This document shows, in pieces, positions 30,801-38,263 of a DNA stretch of 61,426 nt (position 1 is the stretch's first letter; each line of letters starts with the position of its first letter). The DNA is taken from positions 1 through 61,426 of the IMG/VR virus record IMGVR_UViG_3300030116_002629. One strand, 5' to 3'. A program made the translations under genes and the position numbers. The DNA comes from a virus. Lineage: Duplodnaviria; Caudoviricetes. A model generated the notes under the pieces. It was not told the DNA's origin. It was given only the letters and a program-made list of their open reading frames with translations, and searched no databases.

Positions 30801-31077
30801 TAAAGCACCTACTGCTACATTATTAAAAGCTGCTGGACCTGAAGAAGTTAATAAGTTTTTAAGTCAGGCCTCATCAGCAATGTCAGGACAAAACATATCA
30901 CAAAACTTTTATAAAAAAGATGGTTCATTTAATACTAAAGCTTTAACTAAATTAGCTCAACAACGAATATATCATGATGCACAAACTTATGCTGATAAAA
31001 GTCTCAAGCCAGAAGCTAGTAAAAAATTCCTTACAGAATTAAAAAAAGGAATTAAAATGGTAATTGGAAAAGGATAG
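27874..31077 (+). CDS. Large Lys-rich hypothetical protein, 1067 aa
   Basis: Long coupled ORF; no recognisable motif. Confidence 0.6.
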   Translation: MAKKKDKLTLLKEELEELLNKPNKTPADISRTKDLVNEIKFQERALITESKTLEQGQLLFGDAYGDAFKKSSSKEPKKVIPTFKGSTAAEKLSRSDFRSIGWRERNFPTGIPGLPIEGNEAAMKRARETKAKIKKELDLGKSSELLSASDRIGIELPPSIQEQIQTTARGLVESNPAGIDPAKQEQFIQDVADEMAAQVEEAARSDAGKINIMDFSEGNPMIIESRQGTVKDLTEAVDPKSKAASAYAKEFGIETKSATDSGFNISIRTLEGQLDMINDTIENTKGERLNVEENLTPRILDIERVNKRNAQVDKTVAELEKQKNIISNLLQEQVQTLNKETAYVYLQGRDVITKSGSKTNREKADKIINKLNITGDRIIEVEDLDIMYKSKFENKMPKQDSPVTKEQLIMTESERLISSWQKQISPGAHNLKTQELADPDAVDPDAAKYQTKSEAEGSIKFKKSQSPMTNLLKNALQDAGTLPGEAGMISERMEYTEGVNEPRGRDWWSEGYIVEKQEPSVTKGEQHIGHFGDEGFDIKGVAGQQIAKSEEGKFIRDALSKPAVLETNVVFGWKPQPWLSGTLEADAKGNIKPYSPKRDPQSGQILNQPLPVKSFIDDKGNLTKAGQKYRIDVPKKPDPKNYAAKDDYKKAEQIYKSNLESPAKATVYKKDLPGHEGPEIELKAEVTKGYVGVAESKDVDVTITGKQGPGKFGSKYDYGLKDIAAKGIEVPGKVRVTDYGKGAQATFEVSDSDFRRHLETLGRVKDTKYGKAEITGLAKGLKGGEAATFGGLKDFNVGSQDVFNILYGEAREVRNIKVGIGEELISASKEQYAAEIKANPDATVPNRPYGSVTESAVRSFAVDKGLMVTNKQGKEVMPGNIKGRTAKDVVASLTPSQLQQVAPKEQKYLFQSEAQRAPKQTFSYKATGIVDSKNKFTHLFKQEDYTTLRKSYEKDLAWKAYSAAVKNRGGVKKYSSKAPTATLLKAAGPEEVNKFLSQASSAMSGQNISQNFYKKDGSFNTKALTKLAQQRIYHDAQTYADKSLKPEASKKFLTELKKGIKMVIGKG

Positions 31078-31083
31078 TGTATA

Positions 31084-31365
31084 ATGTTTAATAAGTTAAA
31101 AAGAAAAAGAAACTCTGATGGGACATTTAAAAAGGATGTTGCGTGGACCCCTTGGAACGAAGCATGGAGTTATAAAATGAGTGAAGAACTTAAAGATATG
31201 TTAAGTAAAACTCTTTGGACATTTGTTGAAGCATTTATTGGTGCATTAACAGTTGCTCCACTTGTGGGCGTTGACGCATCAGCTGTACAGTTAGCTGCTA
31301 TGTCAGGTGCAGGTGCAGCATTAGTTGTCGTTAAAGAGTTCGCTAAAAAACAAGTAAGCAAATAA
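31084..31365 (+). CDS. Holin-like membrane protein (alternative start 31177)
   Basis: KTLWTFVEAFIGAL..QLAAMSGAGAALVVVK resembles r1t-type/actinophage holins. Confidence 0.6.
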   Translation: MFNKLKRKRNSDGTFKKDVAWTPWNEAWSYKMSEELKDMLSKTLWTFVEAFIGALTVAPLVGVDASAVQLAAMSGAGAALVVVKEFAKKQVSK

Positions 31366-31727
31366 TGTCAGCACAAGAACCTAAGCACGATTGGACTACT
31401 CATGGTATGACTGAGCGTGAAATGAAATCAAGAATTAAAGCACATAGAGCTATGACTATTAAACATGCTACTACTGCTAAAGAATGGGAAGTTCCTAAAG
31501 CATTTTTACAACCAGAGTTTAGAACATGGGTTAAAAATAATCCACAATCTCCTTGGGTTACAGGTGGAGGAATGAATGCTTTACAAAACCAAGCCCTTAA
31601 ATCAATTGGGCATAGTTATGCAGCAGGAAAACATTACAATACTCAAAAGAAATTAACTAATGCTCTTGCTAAAAAACAGCAAGAAAAATTTAAGAAACAG
31701 TTAAATAAAATAATTGGGGGATACTAA
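31365..31727 (+). CDS. Basic hypothetical protein, 120 aa
   Basis: Coupled ORF. Confidence 0.55.
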   Translation: MSAQEPKHDWTTHGMTEREMKSRIKAHRAMTIKHATTAKEWEVPKAFLQPEFRTWVKNNPQSPWVTGGGMNALQNQALKSIGHSYAAGKHYNTQKKLTNALAKKQQEKFKKQLNKIIGGY

Positions 31728-31783
31728 TGCCAATAACTAAATCTGGTAAAAAGAAATCATACGGTAAAAAGAAAAGATACTAA
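31727..31783 (+). CDS. Putative 18-aa basic micropeptide MPITKSGKKKSYGKKKRY
   Basis: TAATG overlap with the previous gene; GGGGG upstream; last ORF of the rightward arm. Confidence 0.5.
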   Translation: MPITKSGKKKSYGKKKRY

Positions 31784-31879
31784 TACCTCTAAGAGACGCA
31801 TAGAGCCGTTTTAAGACATATTAATTGCTCGTCTGCCATTGTGTACCGTTAATTATGTATTTAAAAAAAAAGGTGGAAG

Positions 31880-32185
31880 TTAATCGTCACTAATATTATA
31901 CATTTGGTATTTTAAAGTAAGTTCTTCTCCAGTAATAATGAGTTTTTTAGTAATTAAATAATATTCATCGCCTCTTATTTCTAGTACACAATTAGGGTAA
32001 TCAGAATGATTAATGAAACCACCTAAAGGAGTTCTTATCACACCATTATCAGTCTGTTTTTCTGTCCGATAATGTGTTATTCCTAGTTCTGTATCTTTCT
32101 CTATAGGCATAGTTGAAAAGAGGCCAAGGCCTTCTACTTTTGACCTCTTAACAGTTACTTGTTTAGGAAGGGGCCTATAACTCAT
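31880..32185 (-). CDS. SET-domain protein (putative lysine methyltransferase)
   Basis: SKVEGLGLFS, GFINHSDYPNC and GEELTLKY are the canonical SET motifs; start moved to MSYRPLP. Confidence 0.85.
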   Translation of the reverse strand: MSYRPLPKQVTVKRSKVEGLGLFSTMPIEKDTELGITHYRTEKQTDNGVIRTPLGGFINHSDYPNCVLEIRGDEYYLITKKLIITGEELTLKYQMYNISDD

Positions 32186-32759
32186 CAGGGTATTTCCATG
32201 TTTGTTCAGGCACAAAGTATATACTTTCTGGAAGATTCCAGTATTGCATTATATCGTATTGACTTACATCAGTATCTACATGAATAGAGTCAGCTACATA
32301 TTTGAACATTAACTTTGTTGGTTTGTTTTTGACAAAGCCTTTTATAAAATTAATGTCAACTAGTTCGTATAGTCTTTGTAAATGATTAAGAGTTTTGATG
32401 GTCACCTCTCCACCTCTTCTCTTTTTTAACTTTCTTGTCATTGATTCATAGTTCATAATAGGTTTGGTTCCGATTTTAAATGTATATCTATCGTTTGCCA
32501 TTACACTCCCTGGTACTGTAAGTACAGAAAGTTTATGTGTAAAGGACATCTTTAATTTTAAATCGGACAGATTAATTTGATAAGAAACAAATACAGGTTT
32601 ACCTGCTTTAGTTAATCCTAAAAATCTTTTACCACCATAAGTTTTAAGCGATAAAGTATTCTCTTTATTTGCATGCTTGTCAATTTTCTCTGTATATACC
32701 ATGTCATTTAAATTCTTTTGTTCTCTTGTCATGAACTGTGTATTTATGTTATTAGACAT
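32175..32759 (-). CDS. Basic hypothetical protein
   Basis: AAGGAGG RBS before MSNNINT. Confidence 0.6.
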   Translation of the reverse strand: MSNNINTQFMTREQKNLNDMVYTEKIDKHANKENTLSLKTYGGKRFLGLTKAGKPVFVSYQINLSDLKLKMSFTHKLSVLTVPGSVMANDRYTFKIGTKPIMNYESMTRKLKKRRGGEVTIKTLNHLQRLYELVDINFIKGFVKNKPTKLMFKYVADSIHVDTDVSQYDIMQYWNLPESIYFVPEQTWKYPDEL

Positions 32760-32833
32760 ATGTGTCCTCCTTCTTCTAAATCTTGTAAACAATCTTCACA
32801 ATAATATTCATACCCCGGAACAGGATGAGACAT
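32744..32833 (-). CDS. Putative 29-aa zinc-binding micropeptide
   Basis: MSHPVPGYEYYCEDCLQDLEEGGHICLIT (CxxC..HxC); coupled to the upstream stop. Confidence 0.45.
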   Translation of the reverse strand: MSHPVPGYEYYCEDCLQDLEEGGHICLIT

Positions 32834-33078
32834 TATTCTTCCTCTTGCTTTTCTTCTTCTGCTAGTTGTTCTTGTAATTGGTTGTAATAAAAATTATAGT
32901 CGCTAACAAATTGACCTATTAATCCATCTACTTTTTCTGTATTTGGTAATATGTTTCTTTTGCTATCTCCTAAGTATCCTATTAATGTCACTGCCCAATC
33001 TCTTAAATCCATAGGACTATTAAATATATTCACTTTCTCTTTCTTTTTTGGTGTGAATTTTTTTCTACTTTTTGCCAT
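32833..33078 (-). CDS. Hypothetical protein
   Basis: Start moved to MAKSRKK, overlapping the end of the SLT gene. Confidence 0.55.
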   Translation of the reverse strand: MAKSRKKFTPKKKEKVNIFNSPMDLRDWAVTLIGYLGDSKRNILPNTEKVDGLIGQFVSDYNFYYNQLQEQLAEEEKQEEE

Positions 33079-33487
33079 AACTATCAACCTTTCCCCAGCA
33101 GCGTTTGCTACTGTTCCAATGATGCCAACCATCATTATATACTAACCATGATGCAACAGCAGTTGTTACTTCAGGGTTATATCTATTACTACTTATGTTT
33201 AATTTATTTGTCAACCATGTCCATGTATTGTCATTAAATTGCCATAGTCCTATGTCTCTTGTGCCATTAGTATTAACACCAACTGCGTCATCTCTACCTG
33301 AAGACTCACAATATATAATTGTTAATGCTTTAGGTATGTCTTCTTGTTTAAAGTATTCAGACACTAATGGTTCCCATTCAAGTACATGTTCTATTTTTCT
33401 ATTAATGTTTCTACATTGGATATACTCAGTTATGCTCTCCACGCTCACAGGCAATGTAACTGCACAACTGAGTAGTATCCCAGCCAT
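33065..33487 (-). CDS. Lytic transglycosylase (SLT/lysozyme-like)
   Basis: IIYCESSG..AVGVN..DIGLWQF..YNPEVTTAVASWL..GWHHW. Confidence 0.8.
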   Translation of the reverse strand: MAGILLSCAVTLPVSVESITEYIQCRNINRKIEHVLEWEPLVSEYFKQEDIPKALTIIYCESSGRDDAVGVNTNGTRDIGLWQFNDNTWTWLTNKLNISSNRYNPEVTTAVASWLVYNDGWHHWNSSKRCWGKVDSYGKK

Positions 33488-33488
33488 G

Positions 33489-33854
33489 TTAGGTTAAAGC
33501 CTTTTTCATTTTCTTTAAAAAGCTTTTACCTCTGCGTTTCATACTTACACTATCGGTAGGACTACTTACTAAATAATAAAGGTAATGTCCTCTCTGTTTA
33601 GCAGGTAATGTTACAATATCATAACCTTCTTTTCTAAGGTCATGTATAACTCCACCGAATCTAGTGCATCGTAATTCAAAAACGAACTCACCATTACTTA
33701 TAGGGTCTTTTTCACGATTAGCTTCTAAGGCCCATAAGATAAGCTGAGATTTGCTTTTAATATAATTAGGTACTTTTCTACCTCTGAATGATGATACTAT
33801 CAATTCAATCTCCGTTTCTCCACCATATAGCTCGTACATCCTAAGTTCGTACAA
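33489..33854 (-). CDS. Winged-helix DNA-binding protein (true start may be near 33803)
   Basis: ISNGEFVFELRCTRFGGVIHDLRKEGYDIVT. Confidence 0.65.
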   Translation of the reverse strand: MYELRMYELYGGETEIELIVSSFRGRKVPNYIKSKSQLILWALEANREKDPISNGEFVFELRCTRFGGVIHDLRKEGYDIVTLPAKQRGHYLYYLVSSPTDSVSMKRRGKSFLKKMKKALT

Positions 33855-33937
33855 GCTATAATTTGGTGATTATTTTTTGTAGTTTCTTGTAACTCTTTGT
33901 TACAAAGACTACATTTATTGTTGGCTTTCCTTGCCAT
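33800..33937 (-). CDS. Small zinc-ribbon protein, 45 aa
   Basis: MARKANNKCSLC...CTNLGC. Confidence 0.5.
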   Translation of the reverse strand: MARKANNKCSLCNKELQETTKNNHQIIACTNLGCTSYMVEKRRLN

Positions 33938-34478
33938 CAAGATTCCATTCTTGAGGAATATCGGAATTATCCAACCACCAAGATTTACGCCACTTGCCTG
34001 TATGCTGCGGGCATTCCTCAGGTGTTTTGCCTGAACAAACAAAGTCAGGACTTCTATCAGACTTCTTATTGCGTCTATTATCCCAAACCATTAACTTGTT
34101 AGGACATGGACATTTTAAGTCGTCTCGATATTTATTTTGGTTAGCCATTTGAGTAACTAACTTATCAGTTATTTCAGACACTTCTGTATCTGGTTCTGGT
34201 GTTATGTCTTTCACATCTCCCATTATACTAGATACTTTATCTATGATATCCATTTGTTCAAATTGTTCTTGTGTATAGACTTCAGGCATATCAGCTATCT
34301 TTTCTATAAACTCAAAATATTTGTTCAATTGTTCATCATTATAGTCTGTTAACTTAGGTGGGAACTTACGCAGTTTAGCGTAATCAGCAGCAGACTTTAA
34401 TATCTTTTGCTTAGTCCCCATCTCTTTGCCTTCTAACATAGCATTAATAGTAGTTTGTATAAACTCTATGTCTTGCAT
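33915..34478 (-). CDS. Hypothetical protein with a C-terminal Cys-rich motif, downstream of the annealase
   Basis: CPC..VWDNRRNKKSDRSPDFVC..ECP..SWWL. Confidence 0.6.
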   Translation of the reverse strand: MQDIEFIQTTINAMLEGKEMGTKQKILKSAADYAKLRKFPPKLTDYNDEQLNKYFEFIEKIADMPEVYTQEQFEQMDIIDKVSSIMGDVKDITPEPDTEVSEITDKLVTQMANQNKYRDDLKCPCPNKLMVWDNRRNKKSDRSPDFVCSGKTPEECPQHTGKWRKSWWLDNSDIPQEWNLDGKESQQ

Positions 34479-35020
34479 TAGAAAGGTGCCTCAGCTATGG
34501 TTCCATCATCATTTAATTTGATTTCATCCATAGATTTAGCTTCTGGCTTAGCTATTTTGTTTTCTTTTAAACGCCTATCAACTTTAGTAACTTCTACTTT
34601 AGCTTCTCTTGCAGCTTCAGCAGAGGCCTCCTCTTCAGTCTGTGTAGAACCACTCCATAGTTCAACACCTAAACCAAACCTCATACAAGCTCTCTTGAAT
34701 GCGTCTGATTCTGCGTCCTTAAGATTAGTGCCATCATTAAACTTTTCACTATTTAATTTAAAGGTATCTATATCTCCAAAGCCATCATAACTTCCCATAC
34801 CTTCTATAGTTATAGTTCCTTTAGCACCAACAATACGCTTCTCGCCATTGTGTGTACCATACACTGGTTCACATGTCCAACTATATGAGACGCCACTGTC
34901 TCTTAGTCTTTCAACATAATTAGCGTGTGGTACATAATCCCCAAACTTTCCCGCAGGTGCTGAACGCACCAAATGTTGTGGAAAAGGGGACAATAATTTC
35001 TTGGTATCTATTTCTACCAT
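34478..35020 (-). CDS. Rad52/Sak-family single-strand annealing protein
   Basis: LLSPFP..YVPHANYVERL..LKDAESDAFKRACMRFGLGVELW; acidic tail ending PF; start MVEIDT after GAAGGA. Confidence 0.8.
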   Translation of the reverse strand: MVEIDTKKLLSPFPQHLVRSAPAGKFGDYVPHANYVERLRDSGVSYSWTCEPVYGTHNGEKRIVGAKGTITIEGMGSYDGFGDIDTFKLNSEKFNDGTNLKDAESDAFKRACMRFGLGVELWSGSTQTEEEASAEAAREAKVEVTKVDRRLKENKIAKPEAKSMDEIKLNDDGTIAEAPF

Positions 35021-35039
35021 ATTATCCTTCCTATTATTC

Positions 35040-35076
35040 ATAATAGAGAAAAGAAATATAGGGACCGTTAGGTCCC
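35040..35076 (-). promoter_or_regulatory. GTTA-hairpin promoter-like element A
   Basis: GGGACC-GTTA-GGTCCC at 35061-35076; TATTAT on the minus strand at 35045-35040. Confidence 0.65.
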
Positions 35077-35084
35077 GATAAGAC

Positions 35085-35219
35085 TTAACCTACTAATTCT
35101 TTATTTAGTTTTGTAATACCTCTTTCAACAGGTACAAACTCTACTTCTCCTTGTTCATTTCGAACAATAAAGAAAGGTTCGCTACCGATTCCAGCGTATT
35201 CTATTCCAACTATCTTCAT
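35085..35219 (-). CDS. Small hypothetical protein, 44 aa
   Basis: MKIVGIEYAGIGSEPFFIVRNEQGEVEFVPVERGITKLNKELVG; GAGGT upstream. Confidence 0.5.
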   Translation of the reverse strand: MKIVGIEYAGIGSEPFFIVRNEQGEVEFVPVERGITKLNKELVG

Positions 35220-35246
35220 GTCTTGACATACCTCTATCCATATGTA

Positions 35247-36302
35247 CTATACATCTTCTAATTTTACTAGATATTCTGCAGTTACGCCAGTACCATCCTT
35301 ACAAAATAGTAACCATTGGCATGGCCTACCCATACTAGCTAGTTGTTCTAGTGCAAATGTATTGTAACTTTCAGTACTTCCATTAACCCATAACCTTATA
35401 TCATTAAGATACATTGTTGTAGGTGTATGAAAGTGACCTGCAATAGCGTTGTCAAAGTCTGGCATAAGACCATTAGCTGCTAATGTTTTCCAACCTTGTA
35501 GCTTTTTACCAAAGCCATACCATGGAAATCCACTAAAACCTCTCACATTGTCACCGTGCCAGAGTAAAAACTTACATTCTTTACCTAAATCAGCTATATC
35601 GAACCAATGGTTGTCACCTGTACTGTCAGGTATTGTGAATGTAATACGCTTTTCTTCTCTAAATATCATCTTCATGATGTTACCTAGCATCCTATCAGCG
35701 TTAGAATCTGGATGATAATCTTTACGACTTCGGCCTCCTAAATGGCCATGATTACCTATAACCCAATGAACATCTACTTCATTAAAGTTAGCAAGTAATA
35801 TGTCAAAGAACTGTGTCATTATTCTTGGGCCATCAACTGTTACTTGTTTGTACAAGCTGCTGTCAATCAAGTGTGATTGGCCTGGAAATATTAACTCACC
35901 TTCTACTATGTCTCCTACTGCAAACACTGCAACTTTATTAACAGGATGAGATTGTCTTTGGACATTAGTAATGTCAACTATCTTATTTGCATAAGCTATT
36001 ACTCTTTCTTCAGCTATCTCTGAATTATATTCAGGTGTTACTTTAGCTAATTGAATGTCACTAAGTACTGCTATTGCAGTTTCTTCATCCTTAGTTTTCT
36101 TTAAGTTGCGTGGTTTAGGTATAGAAGGTTTGTCCCATGTTCGAAGATTGGCTGATACTGCCTCATAAACTGCATCAACCATATCTTCTTTCTTCTTTTT
36201 GGCCTTCTCAAGCTGTTTCATAATATTTAAATTATCTTTTTTTAAATCTTGAACAACTTTAGACTCAACTTCTGCCATTAATCTTTCAACATCTTTAGGC
36301 AT
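35247..36302 (-). CDS. Calcineurin-like metallophosphoesterase (putative nuclease) with an N-terminal coiled coil
   Basis: LSDIQ, GDIVEG, GNHG, WHGD and GHFH motifs. Confidence 0.85.
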   Translation of the reverse strand: MPKDVERLMAEVESKVVQDLKKDNLNIMKQLEKAKKKKEDMVDAVYEAVSANLRTWDKPSIPKPRNLKKTKDEETAIAVLSDIQLAKVTPEYNSEIAEERVIAYANKIVDITNVQRQSHPVNKVAVFAVGDIVEGELIFPGQSHLIDSSLYKQVTVDGPRIMTQFFDILLANFNEVDVHWVIGNHGHLGGRSRKDYHPDSNADRMLGNIMKMIFREEKRITFTIPDSTGDNHWFDIADLGKECKFLLWHGDNVRGFSGFPWYGFGKKLQGWKTLAANGLMPDFDNAIAGHFHTPTTMYLNDIRLWVNGSTESYNTFALEQLASMGRPCQWLLFCKDGTGVTAEYLVKLEDV

Positions 36303-36540
36303 TAGATTCTTTCTCCAATCTTTGTAAGTATCTTCTCATTGCTGATTCAGATATTACAATACCAAAGTTATCTTCAAGTAATCTTGATACAACATAAGGT
36401 CTCATCTTTATCTTATCTTTTATTACCCTGTTTTTTAAAGCAATCCAAAAAGGTTCTGCTTCTGGTGTAATTTTACCTTCAACATAGTTACCTTTTTTTC
36501 CATGCTCTGCTTCATCTAGCATTTCATTTATATCAGTCAT
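36295..36540 (-). CDS. Small HTH-like protein, probably leaderless
   Basis: VVSRLLEDNFGIVISESAMRRYL; TGCTATAGT at 36556-36548, 7 nt before the ATG. Confidence 0.6.
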   Translation of the reverse strand: MTDINEMLDEAEHGKKGNYVEGKITPEAEPFWIALKNRVIKDKIKMRPYVVSRLLEDNFGIVISESAMRRYLQRLEKESNA

Positions 36541-36594
36541 ACTGACTACTATAGCAGGATATAGATATAAGTAGATGATTTAAGAAGAAAGTAG

Positions 36595-36667
36595 TGGAGG
36601 TGGCCGGAATCGAACCGGCATTAGTCTAATACAGTTGCCTGTATTAGCTACTAACCTGGACACCCCC
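36595..36667 (-). ncRNA. Non-canonical tRNA-Ala-like RNA (tmRNA TLD-like) with no D-stem and no anticodon loop
   Basis: GGGGGUG/CACCUCC-A acceptor stem with G3.U70 and A73; T-arm GCCGG-UUCGAUU-CCGGC; central 14-bp helix closed by GCAA; CCA not encoded. Confidence 0.8.
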
Positions 36668-36751
36668 AACTGATGGAATACCGTGCTTAAGGTCGGAAAG
36701 GAGTACAACCCACTGTTGCCAGTTGCACGGTACTCCTTAATTTCCTTCCTT

Positions 36752-38263
36752 TTATCCTAGCTGATTTAATGCTAAAGCAAACTTCTTTACTTCATCAATA
36801 TTAGCTAGTCTGGTTATTCCTGAACGCTTGCATATTTCTATACAATCTTTCAATAAGTTTTCACTATTCTGATTATGTAAACCAAAGACATACATATCAC
36901 TCACCCATATTCTTTTAGGTGGTTGTTTAGATAACCATTTCAAAGCAGGGCCATCAACTAAGTTACCTCCGCCTGTATATTTATTTAAGTATTCTTGATT
37001 TACTCTTTTACCATTCTGTCCTATTATTCTTAACGAACCTGTATCCCATGCACCTGCATAGTTATCGTTATACATAGCAATAGTAACAGCTGGTAGTAAT
37101 TGCATTATATCTAGGATATCTTGTCCTGAAAAATGCATTGAACCTGATGCGTCAATTAATATTGTTCCACCATATACTCTTTGTTTTTGTTTGAATACTT
37201 TTTTATCCACACACCAACGATTCATATACTTAGGATTAACACCATAGTCCATTGGCCTATATTCTCTACCACCTTTTATTTTTGATTGCATATTCACATC
37301 AAGATATGGTTTAAATATCTCCATCTTTCCCCACTTACCCATATCATTTGGTTGTGGTTTGTAGTTCATATTACCATCATTGGTAGCATTAAATATCTGC
37401 TCTTTGTTACGCTGCATTAACTCATCTAATGTTTCCATTCCTTCCATATCGCCTTCACCATCTTGTTCAGTAGATGAACTGTTAGCTTTACGATTGGCAT
37501 TCATGGCTTGTTCTTTAGCTTGTTTAGCTTTTCTAGCTTTTTCAAGAACTTCATGTTCTTTAGGCTTGTCATTGAACTCATCCATTAATTTGTTGAGTAT
37601 TATTGCAGCTTGTCTAGTTTTATTGTATTTAGTTGGTTTTCTATAATAACCTCTACTATAAGTTATCTTTTGATATAACTTATTAGCTTGTCTCATAGCC
37701 CATTGCAATTGACCTAATCTTAATTTAGTCATTTGGTTTGGACTACCTGGTTCTATATTATGAACAGATTCCATTGCTTGTTTAATAGATTCAAATTCTG
37801 GTCCAGCAACACTGTGACTATAATAACTGCCACCTTGTCCTGGTCTCATGTTCATTAATATCCATGCAGTGATATCAAATACTGAACCGTTATACAATAT
37901 GTCTAAAGTTTTTTCTTCAAACTTTGGTTGACATATAGTCCATTCATCTAACCATAAATCTTTAACAGATAAATTATAATTAACACGAACTTCTTCGCAT
38001 ATTTCTATACAAATTTCACTTTCATAATCTTTTAATTTACCTACAGTTTTAGGACTCCACTTAGCATGGCCAAGTTCATGTCTTCTAATCATTTTGTTAT
38101 GGTCAGCACCACATAAATCACATACATCACCATTTGTAGGGACATACATTTCTTTAGACAATACAGATGTTCTAGGCTGTTTTTCGTCCTCAAATATTTT
38201 CCAAGGTCCCTCTCCAGAAGCTATTTCTGGAAAGGGTATCTTGTTATTCTTCTTCTTGTACAT
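36752..38263 (-). CDS. HEXXH metallopeptidase-like plus vWA domain protein (partner of the MoxR ATPase)
   Basis: RRHELGH; ILIDASGSM MIDAS motif; GGGN..D and IWVSD vWA motifs. Confidence 0.75.
   Translation of the reverse strand: MYKKKNNKIPFPEIASGEGPWKIFEDEKQPRTSVLSKEMYVPTNGDVCDLCGADHNKMIRRHELGHAKWSPKTVGKLKDYESEICIEICEEVRVNYNLSVKDLWLDEWTICQPKFEEKTLDILYNGSVFDITAWILMNMRPGQGGSYYSHSVAGPEFESIKQAMESVHNIEPGSPNQMTKLRLGQLQWAMRQANKLYQKITYSRGYYRKPTKYNKTRQAAIILNKLMDEFNDKPKEHEVLEKARKAKQAKEQAMNANRKANSSSTEQDGEGDMEGMETLDELMQRNKEQIFNATNDGNMNYKPQPNDMGKWGKMEIFKPYLDVNMQSKIKGGREYRPMDYGVNPKYMNRWCVDKKVFKQKQRVYGGTILIDASGSMHFSGQDILDIMQLLPAVTIAMYNDNYAGAWDTGSLRIIGQNGKRVNQEYLNKYTGGGNLVDGPALKWLSKQPPKRIWVSDMYVFGLHNQNSENLLKDCIEICKRSGITRLANIDEVKKFALALNQLG

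Noticed and set aside
36595-36667. Canonical tRNA-Ala(GGC) or tRNA-Cys(GCA), full tmRNA, or an attP site
   Set aside because: No D-stem and no 7-nt anticodon loop with U33; no tag reading frame; no integrase, and both halves of the acceptor stem are present. Kept as a tRNA-like RNA.
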